A stretch of DNA of 64,000 nt from Gammaproteobacteria bacterium (lineage in GTDB: Bacteria; Pseudomonadota; Gammaproteobacteria; JABABF01), in NCBI GenBank assembly GCA_965237805.1, contig OZ250153.1, positions 1,013,816-1,077,815 of the forward strand, written 5' to 3'. Under the pieces are notes generated by a model, which made no database searches, was not told the DNA's origin, and was given only the letters and a program-made list of their open reading frames with translations. Of the stretch, positions 48,910 through 59,600 are shown in pieces. A program made the position numbers and the translations under genes. The stretch's first letter is position 1; the number at the start of each line of letters is the position of its first letter.

Positions 48910-50070
48910 TCAGTCGATGTTGCCAGCATGCGGCATGCGCAGATAGCCGCCGGGAGTGCGGCGCACCAAGCCTTGCAATTCCAGCTCAGCCAAGGCTGCC
49001 GAGACCGCCGCTGGCGCGAGACGGCTACGGGCAATCGCCAGATCTACCGGCGTCGGCTCAAAGCCCACCGCTTCGAGCAGCACCCGCAAGCCCGCATCCA
49101 GTGGCGGTGCGGCGGCAACGCGGCTGGCATCGACCGCCGTGGCAGCATCCCCCGCTGCGGGTAGCGGACGAAACTGGGCCGTCAACTCCGCCAGCGCATC
49201 CTCGGCGCACTCGACCAGCGCCGCTCCCTCGCGAATCAGGGCATTGGCCCCACGTGCCATCGGATTGTGCGGCGAGCCCGGCACCGCCATCACCTCGCGC
49301 CCTTGCTCGCGGGCGCAACGCGCCGTGATCAGCGAACCGCTGCGCTCTGCGGCTTCGATCACCAGCACCCCCAGCGACAGGCCGCTGATGACCCGGTTGC
49401 GACGAGGAAAATTGCCGCGCAGCGGCGGGCATCCCGGCGGAAACTCCGAGACCACCGCACCGCTGGCGGCAACTTCCGCAGCCAGTTGGCGGTGTTCTGG
49501 TGGATAGATGCAATCCAAACCAGCACCGAGTACCGCAACGCTACGCCCCCCCGCCACCAGCGCGGCGCGATGGGCAACGCTGTCGATGCCACGCGCCAAG
49601 CCACTGGTGACGACCAGCCCGCGAGCGGCCAAGGCCGCTGCCAGCGAGCGCGCTGAGTCGGCACCCCCCGGCGTCGGCTGGCGGCTGCCAACCAAGGCCA
49701 GCTGTGGTGCCGACAAGGCGGACAGGTCACCGCGCACGAAGAGCAACGGTGGCGGCACAGACAATTCGCGCAAGGGCGGTGGATAAGTGCTATCGTCCAG
49801 CGCCAACAACGAGACCCCCTCCCGCTCCAACCATGCGGCATCGGCATCGCGCTGCCGCCACAGGGCATCCCGACGCGCGCCGCCATCGCGCCATACGGCG
49901 AGGCTCTCGCAGAGATCCTCCCCGGCTCCGGCGCAGAGCAGCTGGGCTCGGGGGGCCTCCAGCATGGCCTCGGGGGTGCCGCAAAGCGCCGACAAACGGC
50001 ACAGCACAGCGGGCGAGGCACCGGGCAGGCGCAACAGGAGCAACCAGGCGAGGACGCGGGCATCAGCCAT
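48910..50070 (-). CDS. dprA: DNA processing protein DprA (Smf)
   Basis: Rossmann-like DprA core (ALVGSRQPTPGG...VVTSGLARGIDSVAHRAAL...). Conserved position divergent from def-fmt. Confidence 0.85.
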   Translation of the reverse strand: MADARVLAWLLLLRLPGASPAVLCRLSALCGTPEAMLEAPRAQLLCAGAGEDLCESLAVWRDGGARRDALWRQRDADAAWLEREGVSLLALDDSTYPPPLRELSVPPPLLFVRGDLSALSAPQLALVGSRQPTPGGADSARSLAAALAARGLVVTSGLARGIDSVAHRAALVAGGRSVAVLGAGLDCIYPPEHRQLAAEVAASGAVVSEFPPGCPPLRGNFPRRNRVISGLSLGVLVIEAAERSGSLITARCAREQGREVMAVPGSPHNPMARGANALIREGAALVECAEDALAELTAQFRPLPAAGDAATAVDASRVAAAPPLDAGLRVLLEAVGFEPTPVDLAIARSRLAPAAVSAALAELELQGLVRRTPGGYLRMPHAGNID

Positions 50071-50260
50071 GGGTGCAGGACGGTCATGTGGCGGTGGCGG
50101 CAAGTGGATTGTCGAGGATGCGACAGGCTATTGAACACATCAAATGGGGTGCTGCCCACAGTGCTTTGCCGCCGACGCGACAAGGCGCTGCGCCGAGCTG
50201 TGCATCACGAGAGTACTTGCCCCTACACTAGGGTCCCAATACCGTCGCTCTGTCACTCCA

Positions 50261-50664
50261 ATGCATCCTCACATCACCATGGTCACACTCGGCGTGCGCG
50301 ATTAGACCGCGCCGTCGCCCGCTACCGAAACAGCCTCAAACTGCCCCAAAAGCCCGGCACCGAAACAGGGATCGCCTTTTTTGCAACCGACGGCTGCTTG
50401 TTGGGCCTTTATCCACGCGATCAGCTGGCCGCGGACATCACAGTCGCCGCAGCTGGCACCGGCTTCTCGGGCTTCGCCCTCGCTCACAATGTGGCCTCTC
50501 CCAAAGCGGTGGATACCGTGTTGGACGAAGCCGTCTCGGCTGGTACCACTCTGGTCAAAGCAGGGCAAAAAGTGTTCTGGGGCGGCTATTTCGCCGATTT
50601 GGACGGCTTCTACTGGGAGGTGGCTTGGAGTCCGCACTGGCAGGATGCCCACCAAACGAGCTGA
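50261..50664 (+). pseudogene. VOC-family (glyoxalase-like) gene disrupted by an apparent 1-nt frameshift near 50300
   Basis: ATG at 50261 encodes MHPHITMVTLGVRD then a TAG stop. Shifting one frame at GCGCGAT-TAGACC continues LDRAVARYRNSLKLPQ...GFYWEVAW to 50664 (VOC fold, 134 aa total). One missing T (GATTTAGAC) would restore an intact gene. Confidence 0.5.
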
Positions 50665-50682
50665 GCGCCAGCCACAGCCTTA

Positions 50683-50688
50683 TATAAT
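50683..50688 (+). promoter_or_regulatory. TATAAT -10 hexamer ~100 nt upstream of def
   Basis: CCTTATATAATAG; no convincing -35. Confidence 0.25.
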
Positions 50689-50785
50689 AGTCAATGGTGT
50701 CAGATGAGCCAGCGACGATGCAGCGTGAGATAGCACATGCGGACATCAGCGAGCACCGCCTCCAGCTGCCACCGTACTTCACGCC

Positions 50786-51292
50786 ATGACCGTTCGCACC
50801 ATCCTCTCTTTTCCAGATGCGCGGTTGCGACAACGGGCAGTGCCGGTCGAGCAAGTGGACGACGCAGTCCGCCAGCTGATCGACGATCTGCTCGAATCGA
50901 TGTACGCCAGTGGCGGCATCGGTCTCGCGGCCACTCAGGTCGATGTGCATCAACGAGTATTGGTGGCCGATATCTCAGAGCAGGGCTTGGAGCCGATGGC
51001 CTTCGTCAACCCCAAGTGGCAACCCGCCCCCGGTGCGGAAATGTGCTTGAACGAAGAGGGTTGTCTGTCGGTGCCAGAGGTGCGCGCAGAGGTGCAACGG
51101 TATAACCGCGTGCAGCTGCAGGCGCTGGATCGCGACGGCCAAGCCGTCGAACTGGAAGCCGAGGACTTGCTCGCCATCTGCCTACAGCACGAGACAGATC
51201 ACTTGGACGGCAAGCTATTCGTCGATTACCTATCCCCGGTCAAGCGGGCTATGATCCGCGACCGGCTACGCAAGCGGCACCGAGCCGCCTAG
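50786..51292 (+). CDS. def: peptide deformylase
   Basis: GIGLAATQV, EGCLS, HETDHLDG motifs. Confidence 0.9.
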   Translation: MTVRTILSFPDARLRQRAVPVEQVDDAVRQLIDDLLESMYASGGIGLAATQVDVHQRVLVADISEQGLEPMAFVNPKWQPAPGAEMCLNEEGCLSVPEVRAEVQRYNRVQLQALDRDGQAVELEAEDLLAICLQHETDHLDGKLFVDYLSPVKRAMIRDRLRKRHRAA

Positions 51293-51325
51293 GCGACGCT
51301 TCACCCCGCTCCGCCAAGGGTCATC

Positions 51326-52288
51326 CTGAACACCGTCTTCGCCGGCACTTCCGCGTTCGGCGCGGCACAGCTGCATGCTCTGTCGCACGAGATGGCCTGC
51401 CGGGTGTGCGCCGTCTACACCCAACCCGACCGTCCGGCGGGGCGCGGCCACTCGTTGCGCACCAGTCCGGTCAAGCGCCTCGCGCTGGAGCTTGATTTGC
51501 CTCTGCTACAGCCACACAGCCTGCGCGATGCCGCGACGCTGGCGACGCTCTCCGCCTTGGAGCCGGAGCTGGTGGTGGTCGCTGCCTACGGCATGTTGCT
51601 GCCTGCCTCGTGGCTGGCGCTACCGCGTCACGGTTGCATCAATGTGCACAGCTCTCTGCTGCCGCGCTGGCGCGGGGCGGCACCAGTGCAGCGCGCCATC
51701 GCCAGCGGCGACAGCTATACCGGCATCACCATCATGCAGATGGATAGTGGCTTGGATACCGGCGACATCCTCAGGCAACGCAACTGCGCCATCGGTGCCG
51801 ACGAGACAGCGGGCGAGTTGGAGCGGCGACTCGCTGCCTTGGGGGCCGAGGCTTTGGTCGAAGTGGTGTGCAACTTGGCAGAGGGGTCGCCGCTGGTGCC
51901 GCAGGCGCAAGATGCCCGCCTCAGCTGCCCCGCCCCCAAAATCAGCGTGGCGGAGGCGTGGCTGGACTGGACGCGACCGGCAACAGAGCTGTCCTGCCAA
52001 GTTCGGGCAATGAACCCGGTGCCGGGAGCCCGCTTGCGCACCGGAGAGCAGCAGCTCAAGTTGTGGCGGGCAGAAGCGCTACCAGAAGAAGCCACCGAGC
52101 TACCATCCGGCACCGTGCTGGGTACCGCTGATAGCAGGCGCATCGAGATCGCCTGCGGGCGGGGAGGGCGGCTACGGCTGTTGCAACTACAACTGCCCGG
52201 TAAGCGTGCGCTGGACGCTGCGGATTTTCTCAACGGCCACGCCCAGCTGCTCCGCCCCGGCCTGCAGCTCGACAGCGGCACTCCATGA
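51326..52288 (+). CDS. fmt: methionyl-tRNA formyltransferase (start codon non-canonical/uncertain)
   Basis: Fmt similarity (AVYTQPDRPAGRG, HSSLLPRWRGAAP). The first ATG is at 51392, but the conserved N-terminus (VILNTVFAGTSAFGAAQLHAL, cf. E. coli LRIIFAGTPDFAARHLDAL) is encoded upstream in-frame. The only start-like codon there is CTG 51326 (AAGGG SD 5 nt upstream) before an in-frame stop at 51290. Confidence 0.8.
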   Translation: MNTVFAGTSAFGAAQLHALSHEMACRVCAVYTQPDRPAGRGHSLRTSPVKRLALELDLPLLQPHSLRDAATLATLSALEPELVVVAAYGMLLPASWLALPRHGCINVHSSLLPRWRGAAPVQRAIASGDSYTGITIMQMDSGLDTGDILRQRNCAIGADETAGELERRLAALGAEALVEVVCNLAEGSPLVPQAQDARLSCPAPKISVAEAWLDWTRPATELSCQVRAMNPVPGARLRTGEQQLKLWRAEALPEEATELPSGTVLGTADSRRIEIACGRGGRLRLLQLQLPGKRALDAADFLNGHAQLLRPGLQLDSGTP

Positions 52289-53595
52289 AAGAGGCGCAGG
52301 TGGCAGCGGCGATGGCAGTCAGCGATGTGTTGCACCGCGGCATGTCGCTGGATCGGGCACTGGACGCGCGAATGACGGCGCTGCCCCATAGGCAACACGC
52401 CCTGTTGCGCGAGCTGAGCCGCGGCGCGCTGCGCTGGCAGCCCTATCTGCTGGCGATGCTGAAGCGACTGCTGCGTCGACCGCTGGCGCAACAGGAGCCA
52501 CGCATCGTCGCCCTGTTATTGGTCGCCAGCTACCAGCTCGATCACTCCAAGCTGCCGCACTACGCGGTGGTGCAACAGGCGGTGGAGGCCTGCCTGCTGT
52601 TGGGACAGAGTTGGGCCAAGTCCATGGTCAACGGCGTGCTGCGCAGCTGGCTACGCCGCGGCGATGCCCTGCGCGGCCAGCTGAGCTGGCATGAGCGCGA
52701 CGCGCTGCCCGCCTGGCTGGCCCGGCAGCTGCGCGCCGAGTGGCCATCGCACTACGCGACCATCGCCGAGGCGGCTCAACAACGCCCACCGCTGGCTTTG
52801 CGCGTCAACCGGCTACGCTGTGAACGCCAAGAGTATATGGCACAATTGCAAGATGCGGGCATCGCCTGCCGTCCCTGTGCACTGTCTCCGTCGGGAATTT
52901 GGCTACAAGAGGCGCGACCGCCAATGCAATTGCCGGGCTTCGACGATGGGCTGTTTTGCATACAGGACGAATCGGCACAGCTGGCGGTACCGTTGCTGCC
53001 CGTGCAGGATAGCGCACGGGTGCTTGATGTCTGCGCCGCGCCGGGCGGGAAATCCACCCATCTGCTAGAACTGGCACCACAAATGGATCAATTGACCATG
53101 CTGGATATCAATGAGGATCGCCTGCAGAAGCTGCGGCAAAACTTAAACCGACTCGGCCTGCCAACCAGCGACACGGCCGTGCGCCTAGTCGCTGGCGACG
53201 CCACCCATCCTGAAGACTGGTGGGATCAACAACCCTACGACCATATACTGCTGGATGTGCCCTGCTCAGGCACTGGCGTGATGCGCCGCCATCCAGACAT
53301 CAAGTGCTTGCGTCGCGCCGACGACATCGCTCGCTTCGCCACCCTGCAACAGCAGCTACTACACGCACTGTGGCCCTGCCTGCGCCTAGGCGGTCAATTG
53401 CTCTATGTCAGCTGCTCGCTTCTGGAGGAAGAAAACAGCGCGGTGATACGGCGCTTCCTCGCGCAAGAGCCGACGGCGCAAGCCTGCGAGTTGGCCGTGG
53501 ACTGGGGCGAGGATCGCGCACCGGGGCGAGCCATCGCGCCGACTCCAACGGGCGGCGACGGCTTTTTCTTCGCCGCATTGCGGCATTGGCACTAA
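52285..53595 (+). CDS. rsmB: 16S rRNA (cytosine967-C5)-methyltransferase RsmB
   Basis: N-terminal NusB-like domain plus C-terminal SAM MTase (LDVCAAPGGKSTHL, DVPCSGTGV). ATGA overlap with fmt. Confidence 0.85.
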   Translation: MKEAQVAAAMAVSDVLHRGMSLDRALDARMTALPHRQHALLRELSRGALRWQPYLLAMLKRLLRRPLAQQEPRIVALLLVASYQLDHSKLPHYAVVQQAVEACLLLGQSWAKSMVNGVLRSWLRRGDALRGQLSWHERDALPAWLARQLRAEWPSHYATIAEAAQQRPPLALRVNRLRCERQEYMAQLQDAGIACRPCALSPSGIWLQEARPPMQLPGFDDGLFCIQDESAQLAVPLLPVQDSARVLDVCAAPGGKSTHLLELAPQMDQLTMLDINEDRLQKLRQNLNRLGLPTSDTAVRLVAGDATHPEDWWDQQPYDHILLDVPCSGTGVMRRHPDIKCLRRADDIARFATLQQQLLHALWPCLRLGGQLLYVSCSLLEEENSAVIRRFLAQEPTAQACELAVDWGEDRAPGRAIAPTPTGGDGFFFAALRHWH

Positions 53596-53609
53596 ACGAC
53601 GAGCCCCTC

Positions 53610-54992
53610 ATGCGCATCATCATCATCGGCCTCAACCCTGTGGGCGTCGCGCTGGTTCGCCATCTCGCACGGGAAGAGCAAAACGACGTCACTTTGGTGT
53701 CCAACGATGCCGAGTCGTTGCGCCAATTGCAGTCGCGGGTCGACATCCGCACCGTACACGGCCTGCCCTCGCATCCTCAAGTGCTGGAACGCGCCGGGGC
53801 CGCGGATGCCGACATCCTGATGGCGGTGACGAACAACGATGAGACCAATATGGCCGCCTGCCAAGTGGCGCACAGCTGTTTTGACACACCGACCAAGATT
53901 TGCCGCATCCGTTCGCGTGCTTATTTGGAAAATCCGAATCTGTTCGCGCGCAGTGCTGGCGGCGTGCCAGTAGATATCCTGATCCGACCGGAGCAGATGG
54001 TCACCAACGCAATCGGTCGACTACTCCAGCTGCCCGGAGCCTTACAAGTGCTGGATTTCGCCGAGGGGCGGGTGCAGCTAGTCGCCGTATCTGTCACCGA
54101 GGATGCCCCCATCGCTGGCCATCAAATCGGCGAGCTACCCAATCGCATGCCGGGTGTCGAATGCCGTGTAGCGGCGATCTACCGCCAAAACCATCCACCG
54201 TTAATCCCGCACGGAGACACCACGATAGAAATCGGAGACGAGGTGTTTTTTATCGCCGAGAAGCCCAATATCCCCGAAGTGATGCGCTGCATCAGGCCGA
54301 TGGATCCAGGCTACAGCAACATCGTCGTCGCCGGTGGCGGCCAAGTGGGCGAACGGCTGATCACCGATATCGAAGCGAACCATCATGTCCGCGTCATCGA
54401 ACAATCAATGGAGCGATGTACCTATCTTTCCGAAGAGCTCAATCGCACCATCGTGTTGCACGGTAATGCGGCCGACAGCGAATTTCTTCACGACATTGAG
54501 ATCCAACGCGCCGATGCCTTCTGCGCGCTGACCAATGACGATGCCGCCAACATCATGTCTGCGTTGCTAGCTAAAAACCTCGGTGTGCGCAAAGTCATCG
54601 CACTGGTCAACGACGATGCCTACACAGATCTCGTGCACGGTGGCATGATTGACATCGCGCTGTCGGCGCAGCAATTTACGATCAGCGAAATATTAGCGCA
54701 GGTGCGACAGGGGGATTTCTTGATAGAGCACTCGTTGCGCCGTGGAGCGGCTGAGGCGATCGAACTGGTCGTGCACGGCGATCGGCGCAGCTCACAAGTC
54801 ATCGGACGACCACTGGGCGATATCAATCTGACCGGCATGACCATCGGTGCGCTGGTGCGTGGCCAAGAGGTGCTGATCGCGCACAGCCATACGGTGATCG
54901 AAGCCCGCGACCATATCATCTTATTTGTCGTCGACAAAAAATGTATCCCGGAAGTTGAACGCTTGTTCCAAGCGGGCACCAACTTCTTTTAA
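53610..54992 (+). CDS. trkA: Trk potassium uptake system NAD-binding component TrkA
   Basis: Two RCK/NAD-binding halves (MRIIIIGLNPVG..., NIVVAGGGQVG...). Confidence 0.9.
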   Translation: MRIIIIGLNPVGVALVRHLAREEQNDVTLVSNDAESLRQLQSRVDIRTVHGLPSHPQVLERAGAADADILMAVTNNDETNMAACQVAHSCFDTPTKICRIRSRAYLENPNLFARSAGGVPVDILIRPEQMVTNAIGRLLQLPGALQVLDFAEGRVQLVAVSVTEDAPIAGHQIGELPNRMPGVECRVAAIYRQNHPPLIPHGDTTIEIGDEVFFIAEKPNIPEVMRCIRPMDPGYSNIVVAGGGQVGERLITDIEANHHVRVIEQSMERCTYLSEELNRTIVLHGNAADSEFLHDIEIQRADAFCALTNDDAANIMSALLAKNLGVRKVIALVNDDAYTDLVHGGMIDIALSAQQFTISEILAQVRQGDFLIEHSLRRGAAEAIELVVHGDRRSSQVIGRPLGDINLTGMTIGALVRGQEVLIAHSHTVIEARDHIILFVVDKKCIPEVERLFQAGTNFF

Positions 54993-55022
54993 GCACTGCG
55001 ATCCAACCGCACGAGCAACGCT

Positions 55023-56480
55023 GTGCACATTTGGCTCGTCGCCCACCACTTCGGTGTGTTGTTGCTACTGTTCAGCTCGGTCTTTGTGCCGCCCATGCTG
55101 TTCGGTATCTGGGAGAGTGGCAATGCATGGCAAAGTTTTGCCACCGCAGGCACCGTCGTTTTCGGTGTCGGACTCGCATTGTGGCTAAGTACCAGAAGGC
55201 TGATCCGCACTAATGTCTACCTGAGCCTGCGGGACAGTTTCCTGCTCACCGTTTTGTTCTGGATTGGGCTCAGCTGCTTCGGCGCATTACCATTTATTTT
55301 ATTAGTAGATTTACAGCTATCCATCACCGATGCCGTTTTTGAATCCTTATCCGGCCTGACAACAACCGGTGCCACCGTGATTGTCGGTCTGGATCTGTTG
55401 CCGCGCTCAATATTGTTCTACCGCAACCTGCTACAGTGGATTGGCGGCATCGGCTTGGTCGTCATCGCCGTCGCGATCCTGCCGCTACTAAAAATCGGCG
55501 GCATGCAGATGTACCGCACCGAAGTACCCGGCCCCACCAAGGATGCCAAACTGACTCCGCGCATTGCCGACACCGCTAAATTCCTGTTCCTGATTTACTG
55601 TGTCTTCACTTTTTTGTGTGCCATCGCCTACCGAATTTGCGGCATGAGCTGGTTCGATGCAGTCTGCCACGCCTTCTCGACCATCTCCATCGGCGGCTTC
55701 TCCACCCACGATGCCAGCTTTGGCTATTTTGACAACCCTCTAATCCTGCTGGTTGGATGTTTCTTCATGGTCGTGGCTGGCATCAACTTCTCATTGCATT
55801 TCTTCGCATGGAAAAGGAAACGTATAACACGCTATTTGAGTGATATGGAATGTATGACCTTCCTTGGGATTTTGTTGGCCATCGCCACCATTACCATGAC
55901 GACGCTGTACTTCCGCAATGTGTTGCCATTGGACAGCAGCATTTTGCACGGTCTGTTTAATTCGATCTCACTGGCTACGACTACAGGTTTCACCAGCACT
56001 CCGATGGCTGGCTGGCCAAATTTCCTGCCAATTTTCTTGCTGATGATGGCCTCCATCGGCGCTTGCTCCGGTTCGACCGGTGGCGGTATCAAAGTGATCC
56101 GCGTACAAATTTTGTTGTTGTTCGCTCTGCGCGAGCTGCGTCAGCTGTTGCACCCCGGATCGGTCTGGGGGCTCACGGTGGGGCGCCATCCGATCTCCAC
56201 CCGTATGGCTTTTGGCACATTGAGCTTCTTTGCGGTCTACGCGCTGGCATTCCTTGCCTTATTACTCGCCTTATTGGTCACCGACATGGATTTCTCTTCC
56301 AGCGTTTTTGCGGTGATCGCCACCTTAAATAACTTGGGGCCTGGCTGGGGTGTGGTTGCTGAAAATTATCGGGAAATTGACAACGTGCATAAATGGGTGC
56401 TGTGCTTAAGCATGCTCTTAGGGCGTCTGGAGGTATTCACTCTGCTGGTCATTTTAATGCCGGGATTTTGGCGGCGTTGA
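55023..56480 (+). CDS. trkH: Trk potassium uptake system membrane component TrkH
   Basis: Polytopic membrane protein with repeated selectivity-filter-like motifs (LSGLTTTGATV, TISIGGFSTHD, ATTTGFTST, CSGSTGGGIKV). GTG start. Confidence 0.85.
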   Translation: MHIWLVAHHFGVLLLLFSSVFVPPMLFGIWESGNAWQSFATAGTVVFGVGLALWLSTRRLIRTNVYLSLRDSFLLTVLFWIGLSCFGALPFILLVDLQLSITDAVFESLSGLTTTGATVIVGLDLLPRSILFYRNLLQWIGGIGLVVIAVAILPLLKIGGMQMYRTEVPGPTKDAKLTPRIADTAKFLFLIYCVFTFLCAIAYRICGMSWFDAVCHAFSTISIGGFSTHDASFGYFDNPLILLVGCFFMVVAGINFSLHFFAWKRKRITRYLSDMECMTFLGILLAIATITMTTLYFRNVLPLDSSILHGLFNSISLATTTGFTSTPMAGWPNFLPIFLLMMASIGACSGSTGGGIKVIRVQILLLFALRELRQLLHPGSVWGLTVGRHPISTRMAFGTLSFFAVYALAFLALLLALLVTDMDFSSSVFAVIATLNNLGPGWGVVAENYREIDNVHKWVLCLSMLLGRLEVFTLLVILMPGFWRR

Positions 56481-56576
56481 ATGGCGTTGCCAAGGCTCAG
56501 CATCGTCATTTGCAACTTTAAATCACGGCGGCATTGCGCTTGGGCATGTGTTTAGCGAAGTGAAGGCGGCTCCCCT

Positions 56577-56585
56577 TGTTATAAT
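56577..56585 (+). promoter_or_regulatory. extended -10 promoter element TGTTATAAT upstream of glyQS
   Basis: TGnTATAAT match ending 38 nt before the glyQS ATG. Confidence 0.3.
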
Positions 56586-56623
56586 ACGGGCTTGATCACC
56601 AGATCGACAGTAGCGTGTTGAAA

Positions 56624-59600
56624 ATGACTGGGTCACCACAGACTTTTCAAGCGCTGATCGCCTCTCTGCAAGATTTTTGGGCACGACAAGGCTGTTGTCT
56701 GTTACAGCCTTTCGACATGGAAATGGGGGCCGGCACTTTCCATCCGGCCACTTTTTTGCGAGCACTGGGGCCCGAGCCTTGGCGGACAGCCTATGTGCAG
56801 GGCTGCCGACGGCCCACCGATGGCCGCTACGGTGCCAATCCAAACCGGCTCCAACACTACTATCAATATCAAGTGCTGCTCAAGCCAGCGCCAGCGGATA
56901 TCCAATCGCTCTACCTGCAATCGCTCAGCGCCATCGGCTTGGATCTGCGCCGACACGATGTGCGCTTCGTCGAGGACAACTGGGAGTCGCCGACACTGGG
57001 GGCGTGGGGGCTGGGTTGGGAAGTATGGCTCAACGGCATGGAAATCACCCAGTTCACCTATTTTCAACAGGTGGGCGGGATCGCCTGCAGCCCGGTCAGC
57101 GGCGAGATCAGCTATGGCCTCGAGCGGCTGGCCATGTACTTGCAGGACAAAGACAGCGTCTACGAGCTGTTGTGGAGTGACGGTGCCGCCGCCAGTGGGC
57201 AGGCTGTCCGCTATGGCGAGCTATTCCAGCGCAACGAGCGGGAATTATCGCGCTACAACTTCGAGGAGTCTGATCCCAAAGCGCTGGTCGCGGCCTTCGA
57301 CCAGGCCCGATCGGCCTGCCAAGCGCTGGTTGAGCGCGAGCTGCCTGTGCCTGCATACGAGCAGGTACTACGCGCCTCGCATTGCTTCAATCTACTGGAG
57401 GCCCGCGGCACACTCAGCGTCGGCGAACGCCAACGCTACATGCTCAACGTGCGCCAACTGGCGCAAGCGGTTGCACAGTGCTGGTGCGGCGACGCAGCAA
57501 CTGAGCAAGCGACGCCAAGCCGCGCTCGCAGCAAGTTGTCTACCGCGCCCAAGCACAGCGCAACCACCGACTTGGCCACCGGTCCGCACTGCTGTTTAGT
57601 GGAATTGGGTTGCGAGGAGCTGCCAGCGCTACAACTGAGGGCAATCAGCGAGGCCTTTGCGGTATCCATGGCCAGCAGTTTGTGTGAGCTGGGTGTTGGA
57701 TGCCAAAAAATTGAGCGATTTGCCACGCCACGACGACTCGGCTTGCTGTTGCATGGCCTGCCGGAGCGGGTGCCCCGGCGGGAGATTCTGGGGCCACCCG
57801 CAGAGCAGCTCCGAGGCGTGGATGGGGAGCCCCTGCCAGCGGCACTCGGCTTCGCACGCAAAAACGCTCGATCCGTTGAAGAGCTGGTGTTGCGCGACAC
57901 AGCAAAAGGTAAGCGCCTAGCCCTGCCCGCACCCGGCAGCGAAGAGGAGCTGAGCGAAGTCCTGTGTCAGCGCGTGGAGAACGCTTTGCTGTGCATGGCG
58001 CGTGATTATCCGATCCGCAGCATGCGATGGGATGTTGGGACGGACGATGCCGAGGAATACAGTTTCTCTCGACCTGTGCGGTGGGCCCTGCTGATGCTGG
58101 ATGATAAGCCGCTGACAGCTCGCCTGTTCGGCCTCAACGTGGAGCCTCAGAGCTATGGCCACCGCGTGCACGCTCCCAAGCCATTGCGCTTGAAACGAGC
58201 CTCGGACTACGCCAAGACACTCAGAGATGATGGCTATGTGATAGCGGATTTTGACGCAAGGATTGAAGAAATTAGGCACCAAATCGAGGAAATTACCGTC
58301 TCATTTGATACCGCTGCCGAAGCCCGTTTGGAGCGGGATGATGCCGCCCGCCAACTGCTGGAGGAAGTGGCAGCGATCTGCGAGTGGCCAATGGCTCAAC
58401 TGTGCCAATTCGAGCCGCGTTTCCTCGACATGCCAGCAGAGCTGCTCCGCATCGTACTGCAGAAGCAGCAACGCTATTTCCCACTGTGGCACCGGGACAG
58501 CGGCGAATTCCTGCCTCAGTTTGTTGTCATCGGCAACTTGGACAGCAACGCCCCAGAGGAAATCGTGGCCGGCAACGAACGGGTGGTGCGGGCGCGTTTG
58601 GAGGACGCGCTGTTCTTCTACCAGAACGACCTGAAAGTCGCGCTCGAACAGCGCCGAGAAGGGCTCAGGGCTCGCGTCTTCCAAGAGGGCTTGGGCAGCC
58701 TGTACGACAAGACCCAAAGGCTGGAATCGCTGGTGGAGCAATTGATGCAACTGGCGGGACAAGAGGGGCCGGAGATTGCGGTGGCCCAGCGTGCTGCGCG
58801 TCTGTGCAAATCGGACTTGGACACCGAGCTGGTGCGTGAATTCCCCGAGCTGCAAGGCATTATCGGTGCCCACTTGCTCGCCCGCCATACTCTGACTATG
58901 GACAATCCAGATAATCAGGTACTAGAAAGCGCAAAGGCCATCCGCGAGCATTACCGATCCCCTTTCTCCGGCACGGTCGTCGGCAGCTCCTGCGCCAGCC
59001 AAGCATTGGCCATTGCCGATCGGCTCGACAGCTTGGTTGGCCATTTTGCCAAGGGCAATCGGCCGAGCGGAAGTGGCGACCCCTTTGCTTTGCGGCCTGC
59101 GGCGTTGGGTGTGCTGGCCAATCTGCTGGCGGACGCCGACTTGGCAGCTAGCCCAGACACACCGCCACCCCGCTGGGCAGAGCTGGAAATCATGCGCATC
59201 TCGACAATTTGTGCCAAGGGCTTTGAAAACAAAATATTCGAAGCTCGCGTCGAGTCAGGGGGCGATGATAGCTGCAGCCATGCCCTGCCCCTGGTCGAGT
59301 TCTTTATAGAGCGCCTGCGCTCTTTCTGTCGCCAAGAGCTCCAAATCGGCTCCGAGTGCTTCAACGCGATCTTGGCCTCCCCGCTACACCGCCCCCACAT
59401 TTACCCAGTGGCCTTTGTCTGCTGCTCAGGTCGCTTGAGCCGCTTCTTAGCAGATCATACCGAGCAGGCAAAAGCAATGGTGGCGGCGTGGAAACGTGCC
59501 ACCAAACTGCTCCGCAAGGGGGCGCCACAGCCACTGGGCAAAGAAGCCGCAGACGGCGCGGGCCCCGGTGCGCAGCATTTGCTTGATGCCGTATTGCAAT

